The notes under the pieces: model-generated
Told to the model about the DNA's origin: nothing
Seen by the model: the letters and a program-made list of their open reading frames with translations, nothing else
Databases searched by the model: none
DNA from: Candidatus Levybacteria bacterium RIFCSPHIGHO2_01_FULL_40_16
GTDB lineage: Bacteria; Patescibacteriota; Microgenomatia; Levybacterales; UBA12049
Assembly (NCBI GenBank): GCA_001783805.1
Contig: MFNS01000001.1
Span: forward strand, 257,074-321,073
Length of the DNA: 64,000 nucleotides
Reading direction: 5' to 3'
Translations under genes and position numbers: made by a program
Shown here: positions 1-9,714 of the stretch, in pieces
Numbering within the stretch: position 1 is the stretch's first letter
Layout: each line of letters starts with the position of its first letter

Positions 1-803
1 TATGTATTTTTATGCCAACCGCAGAATTTAAATATGGATTTAAAACAGGAATTGATCTTACCAGAATAAACGAGTTATCCGATTATGTAGCAAAACACAA
101 TGGCTTTCCGGTACCGACAAACGCACCCTACAGAAAAGGCTCACTTACACATAAAGGCGGTGTACATGTCTCTGCACAGGAAAGAGGAGCAACGTATGAA
201 CATATAGATCCACGCTTGGTAGGCATATCTAGTCATTTTGAACACTCTGATCAGGGAGGCGGAGCAAATATCATTTCCATGGCTCAAAAACACGGATTAA
301 AACTGGATAAAGGTGATCCGAAAGTTAAAATTCTAGTTGATAAGATGAAGCAAAAACAAATTCTTGGTGACGCTCAGGAATTGTTATTATTGAATGAAGT
401 TTTATGTTTGAAGGATATAGAATTTACTGTCCTTCCCTCCAGCAAAACGGAAACATCAAAGATAGAAGGAGCCAAAGCATTGATAGACGTCTCTATCGAG
501 GGAAAAATATTTCATGCACAGGCTTCGGGAAACGGAGGACTAAATGCCTACGACATTGCCCTTAGAGCAGCCCTGTCGGAAAAATATCCCGAAGTTTTTG
601 AAATAAAACTTGTAGATTACAGGGTTGTCCTTCCTCCTCTTGAAGAACTAGGAACTGATGCTCTTGTAGAGGTGTATGTCGAATTATCTGCAGATGGAAA
701 TAACTGGACATCGAGAACCAGAAATGTCGATCAGCAATTAGCGAGTCAAGATGCCTTAGTTGAAGGATATCAATACTTTCTACTAAAAAACGCTCATGAA
801 TAG
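1..803 (+). CDS. cimA: Citramalate synthase (CimA/LeuA family), 3' part; gene begins before the window
   Basis: HKGGVHVSA..YEHIDP..VG and C-terminal regulatory domain (ASGNGGLNAYDIALRAAL..YP..IKLVDYRV) typical of CimA-type enzymes; frame is open to the window edge. Confidence 0.7.
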   Translation, partial: CIFMPTAEFKYGFKTGIDLTRINELSDYVAKHNGFPVPTNAPYRKGSLTHKGGVHVSAQERGATYEHIDPRLVGISSHFEHSDQGGGANIISMAQKHGLKLDKGDPKVKILVDKMKQKQILGDAQELLLLNEVLCLKDIEFTVLPSSKTETSKIEGAKALIDVSIEGKIFHAQASGNGGLNAYDIALRAALSEKYPEVFEIKLVDYRVVLPPLEELGTDALVEVYVELSADGNNWTSRTRNVDQQLASQDALVEGYQYFLLKNAHE

Positions 804-813
804 AATTTAGCTA

Positions 814-842
814 TTGCAATGATATCCCGAATATTATAGAAT
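814..842 (+). promoter_or_regulatory. Sigma70-type promoter for the attenuator leader
   Basis: TTGCAA (814-819), 17 nt, TAGAAT (837-842). Confidence 0.6.
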
Positions 843-853
843 TTAATTGTAAA

Positions 854-904
854 ATGAAAATAAGATGCTTGTCAATTAATTTGGTTCTTCTCCTTACCCG
901 TTAG
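854..904 (+). CDS. Putative attenuator leader peptide MKIRCLSINLVLLLTR
   Basis: 16-codon ORF with 5 Leu, 2 Ile, 1 Val and an LVLLL run, overlapping alternative hairpins and followed by a terminator. Confidence 0.65.
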   Translation: MKIRCLSINLVLLLTR

Positions 905-940
905 GGCGGGAGAAATTTTAGTGTAAAACACTAAAAGTAT

Positions 941-964
941 ACCCGCCACTAGGCGGGTTTTTTT
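941..964 (+). terminator. Intrinsic terminator of the attenuator
   Basis: ACCCGCC-ACTA-GGCGGGT followed by a T tract. Confidence 0.8.
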
Positions 965-992
965 GTGTTCAAAAAAAAAGGAGGTGATTTAC

Positions 993-1172
993 ATGAAGGA
1001 AGGTAAAAATGGAAAAGGCACGGAGCAACAAAATACGGAAAATGCAAAAGATTTCGGTGAAATACCCGGCAGTGTCTTTTCAAAAAAAATGCCCCAACCG
1101 GAAAGCGTAATCAAAGAGACAACTCTCAACAATCCAAAAAGAAAAGAATGGGCTGAGAGCATAAATATTTAA
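993..1172 (+). CDS. Small orphan protein (59 aa) downstream of the attenuator
   Basis: Strong SD AAGGAGGTGA at 978-987 before ATG 993; no recognisable domain. Confidence 0.5.
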   Translation: MKEGKNGKGTEQQNTENAKDFGEIPGSVFSKKMPQPESVIKETTLNNPKRKEWAESINI

Positions 1173-1212
1173 GAGATAACGTGAATATCAATATGCTATA
1201 ATTGCTGTGCGT

Positions 1213-1289
1213 GGGCTCATAGCTCAGTTGGTTAGAGCGTTACATTGACATTGTAAAGGTCAGAGGTTCGACTCCTCTTGGGCCCACCA
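1213..1289 (+). tRNA. tRNA-Val(GAC)
   Basis: Acceptor GGGCTCA/TGGGCCC, anticodon arm TTACA-TTGACAT-TGTAA, GGTTCGACTCC T arm, encoded CCA; TGCTATAAT extended -10 upstream. Confidence 0.95.
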
Positions 1290-1326
1290 AATTTACAAAT
1301 TGACTCCCACCTGATAATATAAATTA

Positions 1327-2580
1327 ATGGATAACAAAGACAATAAAGCTCCGCTGAAAGACCACAGGCAGATTGGACAAGAGCTTGATTTATTTTCTTT
1401 TCATGATGTTGCCCCGGGCGCTGTTTTTTGGCACCCCAAGGGACTAGTAATTTACAAAGTCCTCGAGGAATTTATCAGAAAAGAAACGGAAAAAGAAGGC
1501 TATAAAGAAATTAGTACTCCGGTCATGGTTAAAAATTCTCTTTTCAAGCAATCTGGACATTGGGAACATTTTGGAAAGCATAATATGTTTAATCTCGCAA
1601 TCCATGAAGATGAAGAGATTGCCGAAGGCAAGATCGTACCCGAAGTAAATTATTCTCTAAAACCGATGAATTGCCCCGAGTCAACTCTTATTTATTCCAC
1701 TACAACACGGAGCTATCAAGATCTTCCGATTAAATTTTCAGACTACGGAATGCTGCACAGACGAGAACTTTCAGGAGTATTGGGTGGCTTGTTTAGACTA
1801 AGACAATTTACGATTGACGATGCGCATCTTTATGTCAAGCCTGACCAAATCCAAGAAGAAATACGTAAACTCTTAACGCTGGTAGTCAGATTTTATAAAT
1901 CTCTTAATTTCCAGCCGGAATTTTATTTTTCAACCAAACCGGACAAAGCAATGGGAGATCCAAAACTTTGGGATGAAGCGGAAAAAGATTTGGAGGAAGC
2001 ATTAAAAAGCGCAAAGGTTAAATACGGAATTAAGAAAAAAGACGGTGCGTTTTATGGACCTAAGATAGATATTCATATAAAAGATTCCCAAAATAGAGAC
2101 TGGCAACTTGCAACAATTCAATTAGATTTTCAAATTCCCGAAAAAATGGAACTTGAATACATAGATGCCGATGGAAAACCAAAAAGACCGGTTATGATTC
2201 ATCGGGCAATTTTTGGATCTTTTGAAAGGTTTATTGGGATCTTGACTGAACATTATCGGGGGGCTTTCCCACTGTGGTTATCTCCCGTGCAAGTTATTAT
2301 AATGCCGATCACGGATAAACAAGGATCTCACGCAAAAAAAATCGTAGAAGATCTAAAAAAAGAAGGAATCCGGGTGGAATTGGATAATCGTACTGAAAGA
2401 CTGCAGGCAAAAATCCGGGATGGGTCTTTGCAAAAAGTGCCGTATTTAGGTATAATAGGCGATAGGGAAATTGAGTCCTCAAGTATTTCTGTTCGAATGA
2501 GGAACGGAAAAGACTTGGGAAAACTTAAAATTTCTGATTTTTTACAAAAGTTAAAAGAAGAAATTGATAAGAAGATTTAA
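1327..2580 (+). CDS. thrS: Threonyl-tRNA synthetase, short form without N-terminal TGS/editing domains
   Basis: DHRQIGQELDLF, KPMNCP, GAFYGPKID, HRAIFGSFERF motifs. Confidence 0.95.
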   Translation: MDNKDNKAPLKDHRQIGQELDLFSFHDVAPGAVFWHPKGLVIYKVLEEFIRKETEKEGYKEISTPVMVKNSLFKQSGHWEHFGKHNMFNLAIHEDEEIAEGKIVPEVNYSLKPMNCPESTLIYSTTTRSYQDLPIKFSDYGMLHRRELSGVLGGLFRLRQFTIDDAHLYVKPDQIQEEIRKLLTLVVRFYKSLNFQPEFYFSTKPDKAMGDPKLWDEAEKDLEEALKSAKVKYGIKKKDGAFYGPKIDIHIKDSQNRDWQLATIQLDFQIPEKMELEYIDADGKPKRPVMIHRAIFGSFERFIGILTEHYRGAFPLWLSPVQVIIMPITDKQGSHAKKIVEDLKKEGIRVELDNRTERLQAKIRDGSLQKVPYLGIIGDREIESSSISVRMRNGKDLGKLKISDFLQKLKEEIDKKI

Positions 2581-3130
2581 CAAAAAAAAGCAAGATAATA
2601 GGAAATTTTACCGGATTAACGAACGTATTTTTGCAAGTAATCTTCGGGTTTTGGACGCAGAAGGAAAACAAATTGGAATCTTAACCCGCTTCGATGCGCT
2701 GCAAAAAGCAAAAGAATTAGGAGTTGATTTGGTAGAAGTCGCACCAATGGCAAATCCTCCTGTTGTCAGGATAATCGACTTTAAGAAATTTCTATATCAG
2801 GAGTCAAAAAAGAAAAACGAAGAGAAAAAACGAAGTAAGGTATCGGAAACAAAAGAGATCCGGCTTGGACCCTTCATGAATGATCATGACCTAAGGACAA
2901 TGATCAGAAGGGGAACCGGATTTTTGGAAGATAACGACAAAGTAAGATTAATAGTCAAATTCATGGGACGGCAAATTGCCCACCCAGAATTTGGGGAAAA
3001 GCTAATGCAGAAAGTAATCAGCGCATTATCACCTTTTTCCAAACCTGAAAGAGAACCTCATTTTGAGGGAAAACAATTAATTGCGATTTTATCGCCGGAC
3101 AAAAAAAATAAAAATGAAAAAAAAGATTAA
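2564..3130 (+). CDS. infC: Translation initiation factor IF-3
   Basis: INERI..DLVEVAPMANPPVVRIIDF; thrS-infC-rpmI-rplT order; non-ATG start (TTG 2564 or ATA 2567). Confidence 0.93.
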   Translation: MIRRFNKKKQDNRKFYRINERIFASNLRVLDAEGKQIGILTRFDALQKAKELGVDLVEVAPMANPPVVRIIDFKKFLYQESKKKNEEKKRSKVSETKEIRLGPFMNDHDLRTMIRRGTGFLEDNDKVRLIVKFMGRQIAHPEFGEKLMQKVISALSPFSKPEREPHFEGKQLIAILSPDKKNKNEKKD

Positions 3131-3308
3131 GAATTCAGTCGGAAAAAGGTTTAAAGTTACCAAAAACGGTAAGGTGATGTTTTCGCATCAATATAAAGCT
3201 CATTTGAAGATTAATAAATCAGGTAGCAGATTGCGAAGACAGAAAGAACCGGGACAATTAAAAGGAAGATTCGCAAGAAAAATCAAACAAATACTGGGCG
3301 CAGCATAA
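3114..3308 (+). CDS. rpmI: 50S ribosomal protein L35
   Basis: KRFKVTKNGKV motif and operon position; ATG at 3114. Confidence 0.9.
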   Translation: MKKKIKNSVGKRFKVTKNGKVMFSHQYKAHLKINKSGSRLRRQKEPGQLKGRFARKIKQILGAA

Positions 3309-3312
3309 TTAT

Positions 3313-3663
3313 ATGGCACACATTAAACGGGGGATGGTATCCCGAAGAAAACACAAAAAATTATTAAGCCTTGCAAAAGGATATCGCCAGAATAGAAGCA
3401 GAAATGTAAAGCAGGCAAAAGAAGCTGTTTTGCATGCGGGCGCATATGCATTTGTGGGAAGGAAAGCGAAGAAGAGAACGTTCAGAGCCTTATGGAATGT
3501 GAGAATTTCCGAAGCTGTAAAAAAAGAGGGATTATCCTACAGCGTATTTATGGGCAAACTTAAAAAAGCGAATGTTGGAATAGATAGGAAAATCTTAAGC
3601 AACTTGGTCGTCGAAGATCCCAAAACTTTCAAATCCATTATTGAAAGTGTTAAAAACGCGTAA
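3313..3663 (+). CDS. rplT: 50S ribosomal protein L20
   Basis: AKGY..RKAKKRTFRALWNVRI..IDRKILS. Confidence 0.95.
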   Translation: MAHIKRGMVSRRKHKKLLSLAKGYRQNRSRNVKQAKEAVLHAGAYAFVGRKAKKRTFRALWNVRISEAVKKEGLSYSVFMGKLKKANVGIDRKILSNLVVEDPKTFKSIIESVKNA

Positions 3664-3703
3664 TACCTTTCCTCAAAAACCCCAATGTGATATCCTAATA
3701 AGT

Positions 3704-4741
3704 ATGGAAGAAGAGTTGATGCAGATTAAAAATTCTGCGGTTTCAATGATCATTGAAGCTACGGATCAAAAAGAATTGGAAGAAATAAAGCTCCAGTTTT
3801 TGGGGCGTTCGGGAAAATTAACTCTGACTTTAAAAGAGATTGTAAAAGTTCCCGTGGAAAGACGGGCAGCGGTCGGTCAACTCGCCAACGAAGTGAAAAG
3901 AGTAATTGAGGAAACCATTAAGAATCATGAATCAAGAATTAAGAATCAAGAATCAAAAACAAAGATAGAGAAAATTGACGTAACAAATCCCGGAATCAAA
4001 CCCGATATTGGCCGCCTACATCCGCTGACGCAAGTTCTGTACGAAGTTGTAGATATATTCAAACAAATAGGCTTTCAGGTTGCAGACGGCCCAGAGATTG
4101 AAACGGATCATTATAATTTTGAAGTATTGAATATTCACAAAGACCATCCTGCACGCGATACGCAACAAACACTCTATCTTGATACACGCGGCTCAAAATC
4201 AGATCCAGGCAAAATAATTCTACGTACTCATGGCTCTAACATGCAGGGGAGAATTATGGAAACAACAAGGCCTCCCGTCCGAGCAATCTATCCTGGAAAA
4301 GTTTTCCGCTACGAACAGGTCGATGTCTCGCATGGATTTGAATTTTGGCAGTTAGAAGGGCTGGCTGTTGATAAAAATCTTACCTTGACTGACCTTTTTG
4401 GCACGATGTCTTATGTTATCAAAGAATTTTTTGGATTGGATACAAAAGTAAAATTCGTGTCCCATAATTTTCCATTCACCGAACCCTCTGCCGAAACATA
4501 TATGAGTTGCACTGTTTGCAAGGGAAAAGGGTGCTCTTTTTGCAAGCATTCCGGATGGGTAGAAATCTTAGGATGCGGTATGATTCATCCAAATGTATTA
4601 AAAGCCGTAGGCTATGATTCTCAAAAAGTATCGGGTTTCGCATGGGGAATGGGGTTCTCAAGAATGGTAACACTTAAATATCAAATGGACGATTTACGTC
4701 TTTTGACAAACCCTGATTTACGGATCCTAGAACAATTTTAA
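3704..4741 (+). CDS. pheS: Phenylalanyl-tRNA synthetase alpha subunit
   Basis: GRLHP, HPARD, FPFTEPS, GCGMIHPNVL; start refined to ATG 3704. Confidence 0.95.
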   Translation: MEEELMQIKNSAVSMIIEATDQKELEEIKLQFLGRSGKLTLTLKEIVKVPVERRAAVGQLANEVKRVIEETIKNHESRIKNQESKTKIEKIDVTNPGIKPDIGRLHPLTQVLYEVVDIFKQIGFQVADGPEIETDHYNFEVLNIHKDHPARDTQQTLYLDTRGSKSDPGKIILRTHGSNMQGRIMETTRPPVRAIYPGKVFRYEQVDVSHGFEFWQLEGLAVDKNLTLTDLFGTMSYVIKEFFGLDTKVKFVSHNFPFTEPSAETYMSCTVCKGKGCSFCKHSGWVEILGCGMIHPNVLKAVGYDSQKVSGFAWGMGFSRMVTLKYQMDDLRLLTNPDLRILEQF

Positions 4742-4762
4742 CAATGTAACAATTTAACAATT

Positions 4763-6649
4763 ATGTTGGTACCTTTATCTTGGCTCAAGGAATACGTTGA
4801 CATTACTTTAACCACAAAAGGATTGGGAGAAAAATTAACAGAGGTTGGACTTGGATGTGAAAAAATTATTAAAACATCCGATGACACAATCTTTGAATTG
4901 GAAATAACCCCAAACCGTTCTGATTGTTTATCAATTATTGGCGTAGCCCGTGAAGTCGCAGCCATTGAGAATAAAAAAATTAAACTCCCCCACCTTCGCC
5001 AAGGCTTCGGCGGGCAAGCCAAATTAAGAAAAATTTTGCCATTGACAATTAAAACCGATTTCAAAATAAACCCGCGATTTACAGGAATAATTATTACCGG
5101 AATCAAAGTAGGGGAGTCTCCTAAATGGCTGAAAGACAAATTGGTAAAAGTGAATCAACGGTCAATCAATAATATTGTTGACATCACAAACTATGTGATG
5201 CTGGAGCTGGGAAATCCTCTTCATACTTTTGATTATAACAAAATTGCAGGTCACATAATGACTGTTTCCCAAGCCAAAGGCGGGGAAAAATTCGAAAGTG
5301 TCGATGGTGTCATCTACCATTTGCCCAAAGATGCAGTGATTATTTCCGACAAGGAAAAAGTAATTGATCTTTGCGGAATAAAAGGCGGTAAGAATTCGGG
5401 GACATTTGGAGAAACAAAAAATATATTTATCCGAGTTCCGGTTGAAATTCCTAATTTGACAAGAAGAACCTCTCAAACATTAGGACTGCGATCTGAAGCC
5501 TCAAGTATTTTTGAAAGAGGAGTAAATACCGGCGGGACAATCGATACTTTAAAAAGAGCAGTTGACTTGGTTCTGGAAATAGCCGGAGGAGAAATCGCCA
5601 GCGAACTTTATGATATTAAAAGTGAAGATTTCAAACCCTGGAAATTGAAATTAAGAATTGAAAGGTTAAATGAAATTTTAGGAATTGAAATTGCGGATAA
5701 GAAAGTTTTAGGAATTCTTGAGACCTTAAATCTTTCTCCTGTTTTGAAAAACAATATCATTGAAACGACAATTCCCACCTACAGAAACGATTTAAAAATT
5801 GAAGAAGATTTGATTGAAGAAGTGGCAAGAATTTATGGTTACAATAATTTTCCCAAAACAATGCCAATTGGAGAAATTCCAACCAAACAAATTCCCTATT
5901 TTAAAGATTATAAATTAGATGAAAAGGTAAAAAATATCTTAACAGCTTCCGGATTTTCCGAAATTTACACCTACAGCTTAATTGGAGAAAAGGAACTGCC
6001 GCAAGGAATAAATTCACAAAACCTTCTTCGCGTAGACAATCCTGTCAGCCGTGATTTTGAATATTTACGGCCAACTCTAAAAATCAATCTAATAAAAGCT
6101 CTCTCGCAAAATAAATCCAATTTTGAAAAAATTAATCTTTTTGAACTGGGAAAAGTCTATTTGGGAAAAAATTTAGATGAAGCGAAAGAAGCATATTTTC
6201 TTTCAGGCATTACAAACAATAAAAACTTCTTCGAGGTTAAAGGACTCCTTGAGGCAATTTTTAAAGACTTAGGTATCAAAATGGATCCAACTAAATATAT
6301 CGAGATATTAAGTGAAGGAATTTTCTTTGAGTTAAATTATTCTGAAATTTTGAAAAATATAAATTTAAATAAAACTTTTAAGCCCCTACCGAAATATCCG
6401 CCAATTGTTGAAGATCTATCAATTATTGCAGGAGAAAATATTATGACGTCGGATTTAATTTCGGGAATAAAGAATCAAAGCTCTATAATTGCAAATGTTT
6501 CACTTCTTGATCAATTCGAAGATTCAAGAACATTCCACATTGTTTATCAAGATGAAAATAGGAATTTAACCGGAGAAGAAGTTGCCAGAATCCGCTCTAA
6601 AATCCTCAAATCCCTCCAAGCAAAATTCCACGCAGAATTAAAAGGATAA
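4763..6649 (+). CDS. pheT: Phenylalanyl-tRNA synthetase beta subunit (short; lacks the B2 OB domain)
   Basis: WLKEY, TPNRSDCLSIIGVARE, INNIVDITNYVMLELGNPLHTFD, DLIEEVARIYGY. Confidence 0.93.
   Translation: MLVPLSWLKEYVDITLTTKGLGEKLTEVGLGCEKIIKTSDDTIFELEITPNRSDCLSIIGVAREVAAIENKKIKLPHLRQGFGGQAKLRKILPLTIKTDFKINPRFTGIIITGIKVGESPKWLKDKLVKVNQRSINNIVDITNYVMLELGNPLHTFDYNKIAGHIMTVSQAKGGEKFESVDGVIYHLPKDAVIISDKEKVIDLCGIKGGKNSGTFGETKNIFIRVPVEIPNLTRRTSQTLGLRSEASSIFERGVNTGGTIDTLKRAVDLVLEIAGGEIASELYDIKSEDFKPWKLKLRIERLNEILGIEIADKKVLGILETLNLSPVLKNNIIETTIPTYRNDLKIEEDLIEEVARIYGYNNFPKTMPIGEIPTKQIPYFKDYKLDEKVKNILTASGFSEIYTYSLIGEKELPQGINSQNLLRVDNPVSRDFEYLRPTLKINLIKALSQNKSNFEKINLFELGKVYLGKNLDEAKEAYFLSGITNNKNFFEVKGLLEAIFKDLGIKMDPTKYIEILSEGIFFELNYSEILKNINLNKTFKPLPKYPPIVEDLSIIAGENIMTSDLISGIKNQSSIIANVSLLDQFEDSRTFHIVYQDENRNLTGEEVARIRSKILKSLQAKFHAELKG
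4989..5018 (+). repeat. 30-nt palindromic repeat (family A), in frame in pheT
   Basis: CCCACCTTCGCCAAGGCTTCGGCGGGCAAG; related reverse copies at 15073-15102 and 59690-59719. Confidence 0.75.
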
Positions 6650-6699
6650 ATCGCAAGTTTGTGCAATATCCCGCGATATGGTAATATGTTTTCCGCCCT

Positions 6700-7227
6700 A
6701 TGGTAGAAGCAAAAAAAGCCGCTATCGTCCGCCATATTGAACAATCGTTAGCTAAAGAAGTTATAGCGGATACTATAATGAACCATGTAAAAACCCGCGT
6801 TATGTCATTTTTTCAAGGAGTAGATTTGGACAAGGTAGGTACGACTCAACAGGATTTACTGACTATAAAAACATCAATTTACGAACGATTTGCGGATCAG
6901 CCTCGGACTATCGCTAATATCGCTTCTATAAATGGAATTCCAGTCGCCAAATATGAACGTATGGCTGATAAGTGGCCAAGATATGGCAGTGGCAAACTCG
7001 TGCAACAGAAGTGGTATACGCTGAGAGGAGAAAAACCAAATCCTAACGGCTATACGGGAGAGTGCTATGCAGGAGAGTATATAGGAATAATGTTCGCAGA
7101 AGGCGAGGATGAAGGACAAAAACTTTCCAGATTGTATATAGACGGGCAAGAAAAATCTGGACCGCCAGGCATATTCAGCGTGAAAGAACTCAAGTCTATC
7201 GCTGCCGTTTTCAGAATAAAGCCATAG
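6700..7227 (+). CDS. Hypothetical protein
   Basis: 175-aa ORF filling the gap; TGGTAATAT promoter-like element upstream. Confidence 0.65.
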   Translation: MVEAKKAAIVRHIEQSLAKEVIADTIMNHVKTRVMSFFQGVDLDKVGTTQQDLLTIKTSIYERFADQPRTIANIASINGIPVAKYERMADKWPRYGSGKLVQQKWYTLRGEKPNPNGYTGECYAGEYIGIMFAEGEDEGQKLSRLYIDGQEKSGPPGIFSVKELKSIAAVFRIKP

Positions 7228-7230
7228 TCT

Positions 7231-9594
7231 CTAGGGAGTTGGCGTTAACGTTATTGTTGGGATAGGAGTATCAGTTGGTGTTGGAGTCGGAGTCGCATCG
7301 GGAATAATTCTAGTTGATGTTTCGGTTGGGGGATGATATTGCGAATCGTCTTTGTGATTATCCGCAACCCATTGATCAATTCCTTCCTGCCAGCGGTTTT
7401 TTCCGTCCGTAGATACCGGGTCATCTTCGTGAAAAACAATAAATTTCTTGGTGTCATATTCATTGTGGTCAATTTCGCTCTGGCTGGCAATTTTATTACT
7501 GTCTTTTGAGACTTTAATTGTTTTATAGATTATGCTTGGCCCTTGTGGTTCTGTTCCTTTAATAAAATATTCCGAACGGGTTGACTGACCGTCAACAGGC
7601 AGCCCTCCGCCAAGAGCATCTATTGTGACTGCAATAACATCGTCAGGTTTTACAAAATTTTCAGAAGGTTTATTCCTCAAAGCCTCCAGGATTATCCGTC
7701 TCCAAATCGGCGCTGCTCCCGTTACTCCGGACGCAACCTGACCCATCGGACTGTTATCATTATTTCCAACCCATGTTGCCACCAAAACGCTTGGCGTCCA
7801 GCCGATTGTCCAGTTATCTCTTTTGTCATCGGTTGTTCCGGTTTTTACCGCGATCGTCTGCCCTGACACATTCAGATAACTGTTCACGCCGAAAGTAATT
7901 AGACGGGCATTATTATCCAAAAGCATATGGGAAATAATAAACGCAACTTCCGGACTAAGTACCTGCTTTTTGCTTACTTCTTTTTGCTCAAATAAAACTT
8001 TTCCCTTCGGATCCGTAACTTTGAGAATTGCAACCGGCTCGCTCTTAAAACCCTGATTTGCAAAGGCAGTGTAAGCTGCGGCTAATTCGAGTGGCCTCAC
8101 CTCTCCTCCTCCCAACGTTAAGGACAAGCCAAAACGGTTTACGTTGTCATTTGTTGGAGCAAGTGTACTTATTCCCATGTTATAAGCCGTAGTTAACATA
8201 TTTTTAATTCCAACCATCCCCAGTAATTTCACTGCAGGCATATTTATTGAACTACCCAGTGCGAACCTTAGCTGAAGAGGCCCGTGAAATTTTCCATCAT
8301 AGTTTTTGGGGACGTAATCCTTTTCCTGTCCGCCGCCCGGGAAGGCAGTTGGCGCGTCCATTATTAAAGTTGACGCAGTGTACCCTTTTTCCAGTGCCGT
8401 AGCATAAGTAATGGGCTTAATTGATGAACCGGGCTGGCGCAGCGCCTGGGTTATTACGTTGAATTGTCCGCCTTTTAACGGAGCATTTGTTTTTTTGTCC
8501 GGTTCTTCGAAAAAATCCCGACTTCCGACCATTGCGAGAATTTCTCCATTCTTGGGATCTAGGACAACGCTCGCGCCATTTCCAACCAGAAGGCTTCTAG
8601 CGTTTTGCACTTCTTCTTTAACAATTTCCTCTGCTTTTTCTTCTAATTTATAATCCAGCGTTGTTGTTACCTGCAGTCCCCCTTGTTCCACCACATTTTC
8701 ACCAAACTGTTTTACTAATAAGTCTCTAACATAAAAAGAAAAATGCGGAGCTTTTATTGCCTGTGTTTCCTTCAAAAAGTCAACATTTGGCAATCTCTTT
8801 ATCGTATCCAATTCCTGTTTTTTGGTAATATAACCATCCTCCTGCATTCTCCGCAATACTTCTTTGCTTCTCTCAATATATGCTTTCGAATTCTGTCCGT
8901 ATGGAGAGAAATAAGATGGTCTTTGGGGAAGACCTGCCATGATTACCGATTCCAGTAGGTCTAAATCTTTTGCCTTTTTTCCAAAATACCTTTCCGCTGC
9001 CGCCTCGACCCCAACTGCCGTTCCACCATAAGGAGTCGCATTGAGATATAGTTCAAGAATCTGATTTTTTGTATAATTTCTGTCAACCTGAATCGCCAAA
9101 ATAAATTCTTTAACTTTACGGGCAATGGTTTGCTCGGAAGTTAAGAGGGTATTTTTAACTAACTGTTGAGTTAAAGTTGAACCTCCGCCGGCTATTCTTC
9201 GGCTTAATATTGCATTCCTGAACGCCCTCAAATAACCCGTAATTGAAAACCCTTGATTTTTATAAAAATCCTTATCCTCTATCGCAATTGTTGCCTCCTG
9301 CAGAGTTTTTGGAATTTGGTCCAAAGCTATGTAGGTGCGATTTTGGTCTTTAAAGATATCGTAAAGTAAGATTCCGTTTCGATCGAAAATTTTCGTAGAT
9401 TGAGAAAAATTACTGGCTGACAATTTTCCGGGCGTTGGTAAATCGCGGCTAAACCAAATAAACATTATGAATGCAACTGCAAAAAGCCCAACCAGACCAA
9501 AGAAAGCTAGTTTGGCAATTTTACTGTAAAGATAGATGTTCGAAGGGTACCTAAGTCGTCGTCTGGATCTCCAATATCTTCCAAAGAAAACCAT
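7231..9594 (-). CDS. Class A penicillin-binding protein (PBP1A family)
   Basis: EDKDFY and GGSTLTQQLVKN transglycosylase motifs; SSIK, SIN, KTGT transpeptidase motifs; C-terminal PT repeats. Confidence 0.93.
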   Translation of the reverse strand: MVFFGRYWRSRRRLRYPSNIYLYSKIAKLAFFGLVGLFAVAFIMFIWFSRDLPTPGKLSASNFSQSTKIFDRNGILLYDIFKDQNRTYIALDQIPKTLQEATIAIEDKDFYKNQGFSITGYLRAFRNAILSRRIAGGGSTLTQQLVKNTLLTSEQTIARKVKEFILAIQVDRNYTKNQILELYLNATPYGGTAVGVEAAAERYFGKKAKDLDLLESVIMAGLPQRPSYFSPYGQNSKAYIERSKEVLRRMQEDGYITKKQELDTIKRLPNVDFLKETQAIKAPHFSFYVRDLLVKQFGENVVEQGGLQVTTTLDYKLEEKAEEIVKEEVQNARSLLVGNGASVVLDPKNGEILAMVGSRDFFEEPDKKTNAPLKGGQFNVITQALRQPGSSIKPITYATALEKGYTASTLIMDAPTAFPGGGQEKDYVPKNYDGKFHGPLQLRFALGSSINMPAVKLLGMVGIKNMLTTAYNMGISTLAPTNDNVNRFGLSLTLGGGEVRPLELAAAYTAFANQGFKSEPVAILKVTDPKGKVLFEQKEVSKKQVLSPEVAFIISHMLLDNNARLITFGVNSYLNVSGQTIAVKTGTTDDKRDNWTIGWTPSVLVATWVGNNDNSPMGQVASGVTGAAPIWRRIILEALRNKPSENFVKPDDVIAVTIDALGGGLPVDGQSTRSEYFIKGTEPQGPSIIYKTIKVSKDSNKIASQSEIDHNEYDTKKFIVFHEDDPVSTDGKNRWQEGIDQWVADNHKDDSQYHPPTETSTRIIPDATPTPTPTDTPIPTITLTPTP

Positions 9595-9640
9595 GAATAG
9601 ATTATATACCACTCCGCTTTGAATTTGCAAAAATTTGGTA

Positions 9641-9680
9641 TATGCCTCCGAAGCCCCGCTTAGCGGGGCGAAGGGGCATA
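9641..9680. repeat. Palindromic repeat related to family A
   Basis: TATGCC-TCCGAAGCCCCGCTTAGCGGGGCGAAGG-GGCATA between divergent PBP and tyrS. Confidence 0.6.
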
Positions 9681-9714
9681 CAACTTTTAGACAATATTAT
9701 GCTATACTTTAGCC

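Noticed and set aside
2564-2569. Non-ATG start of infC as a novelty
   Set aside because: Non-canonical starts are the established IF-3 autoregulation mechanism
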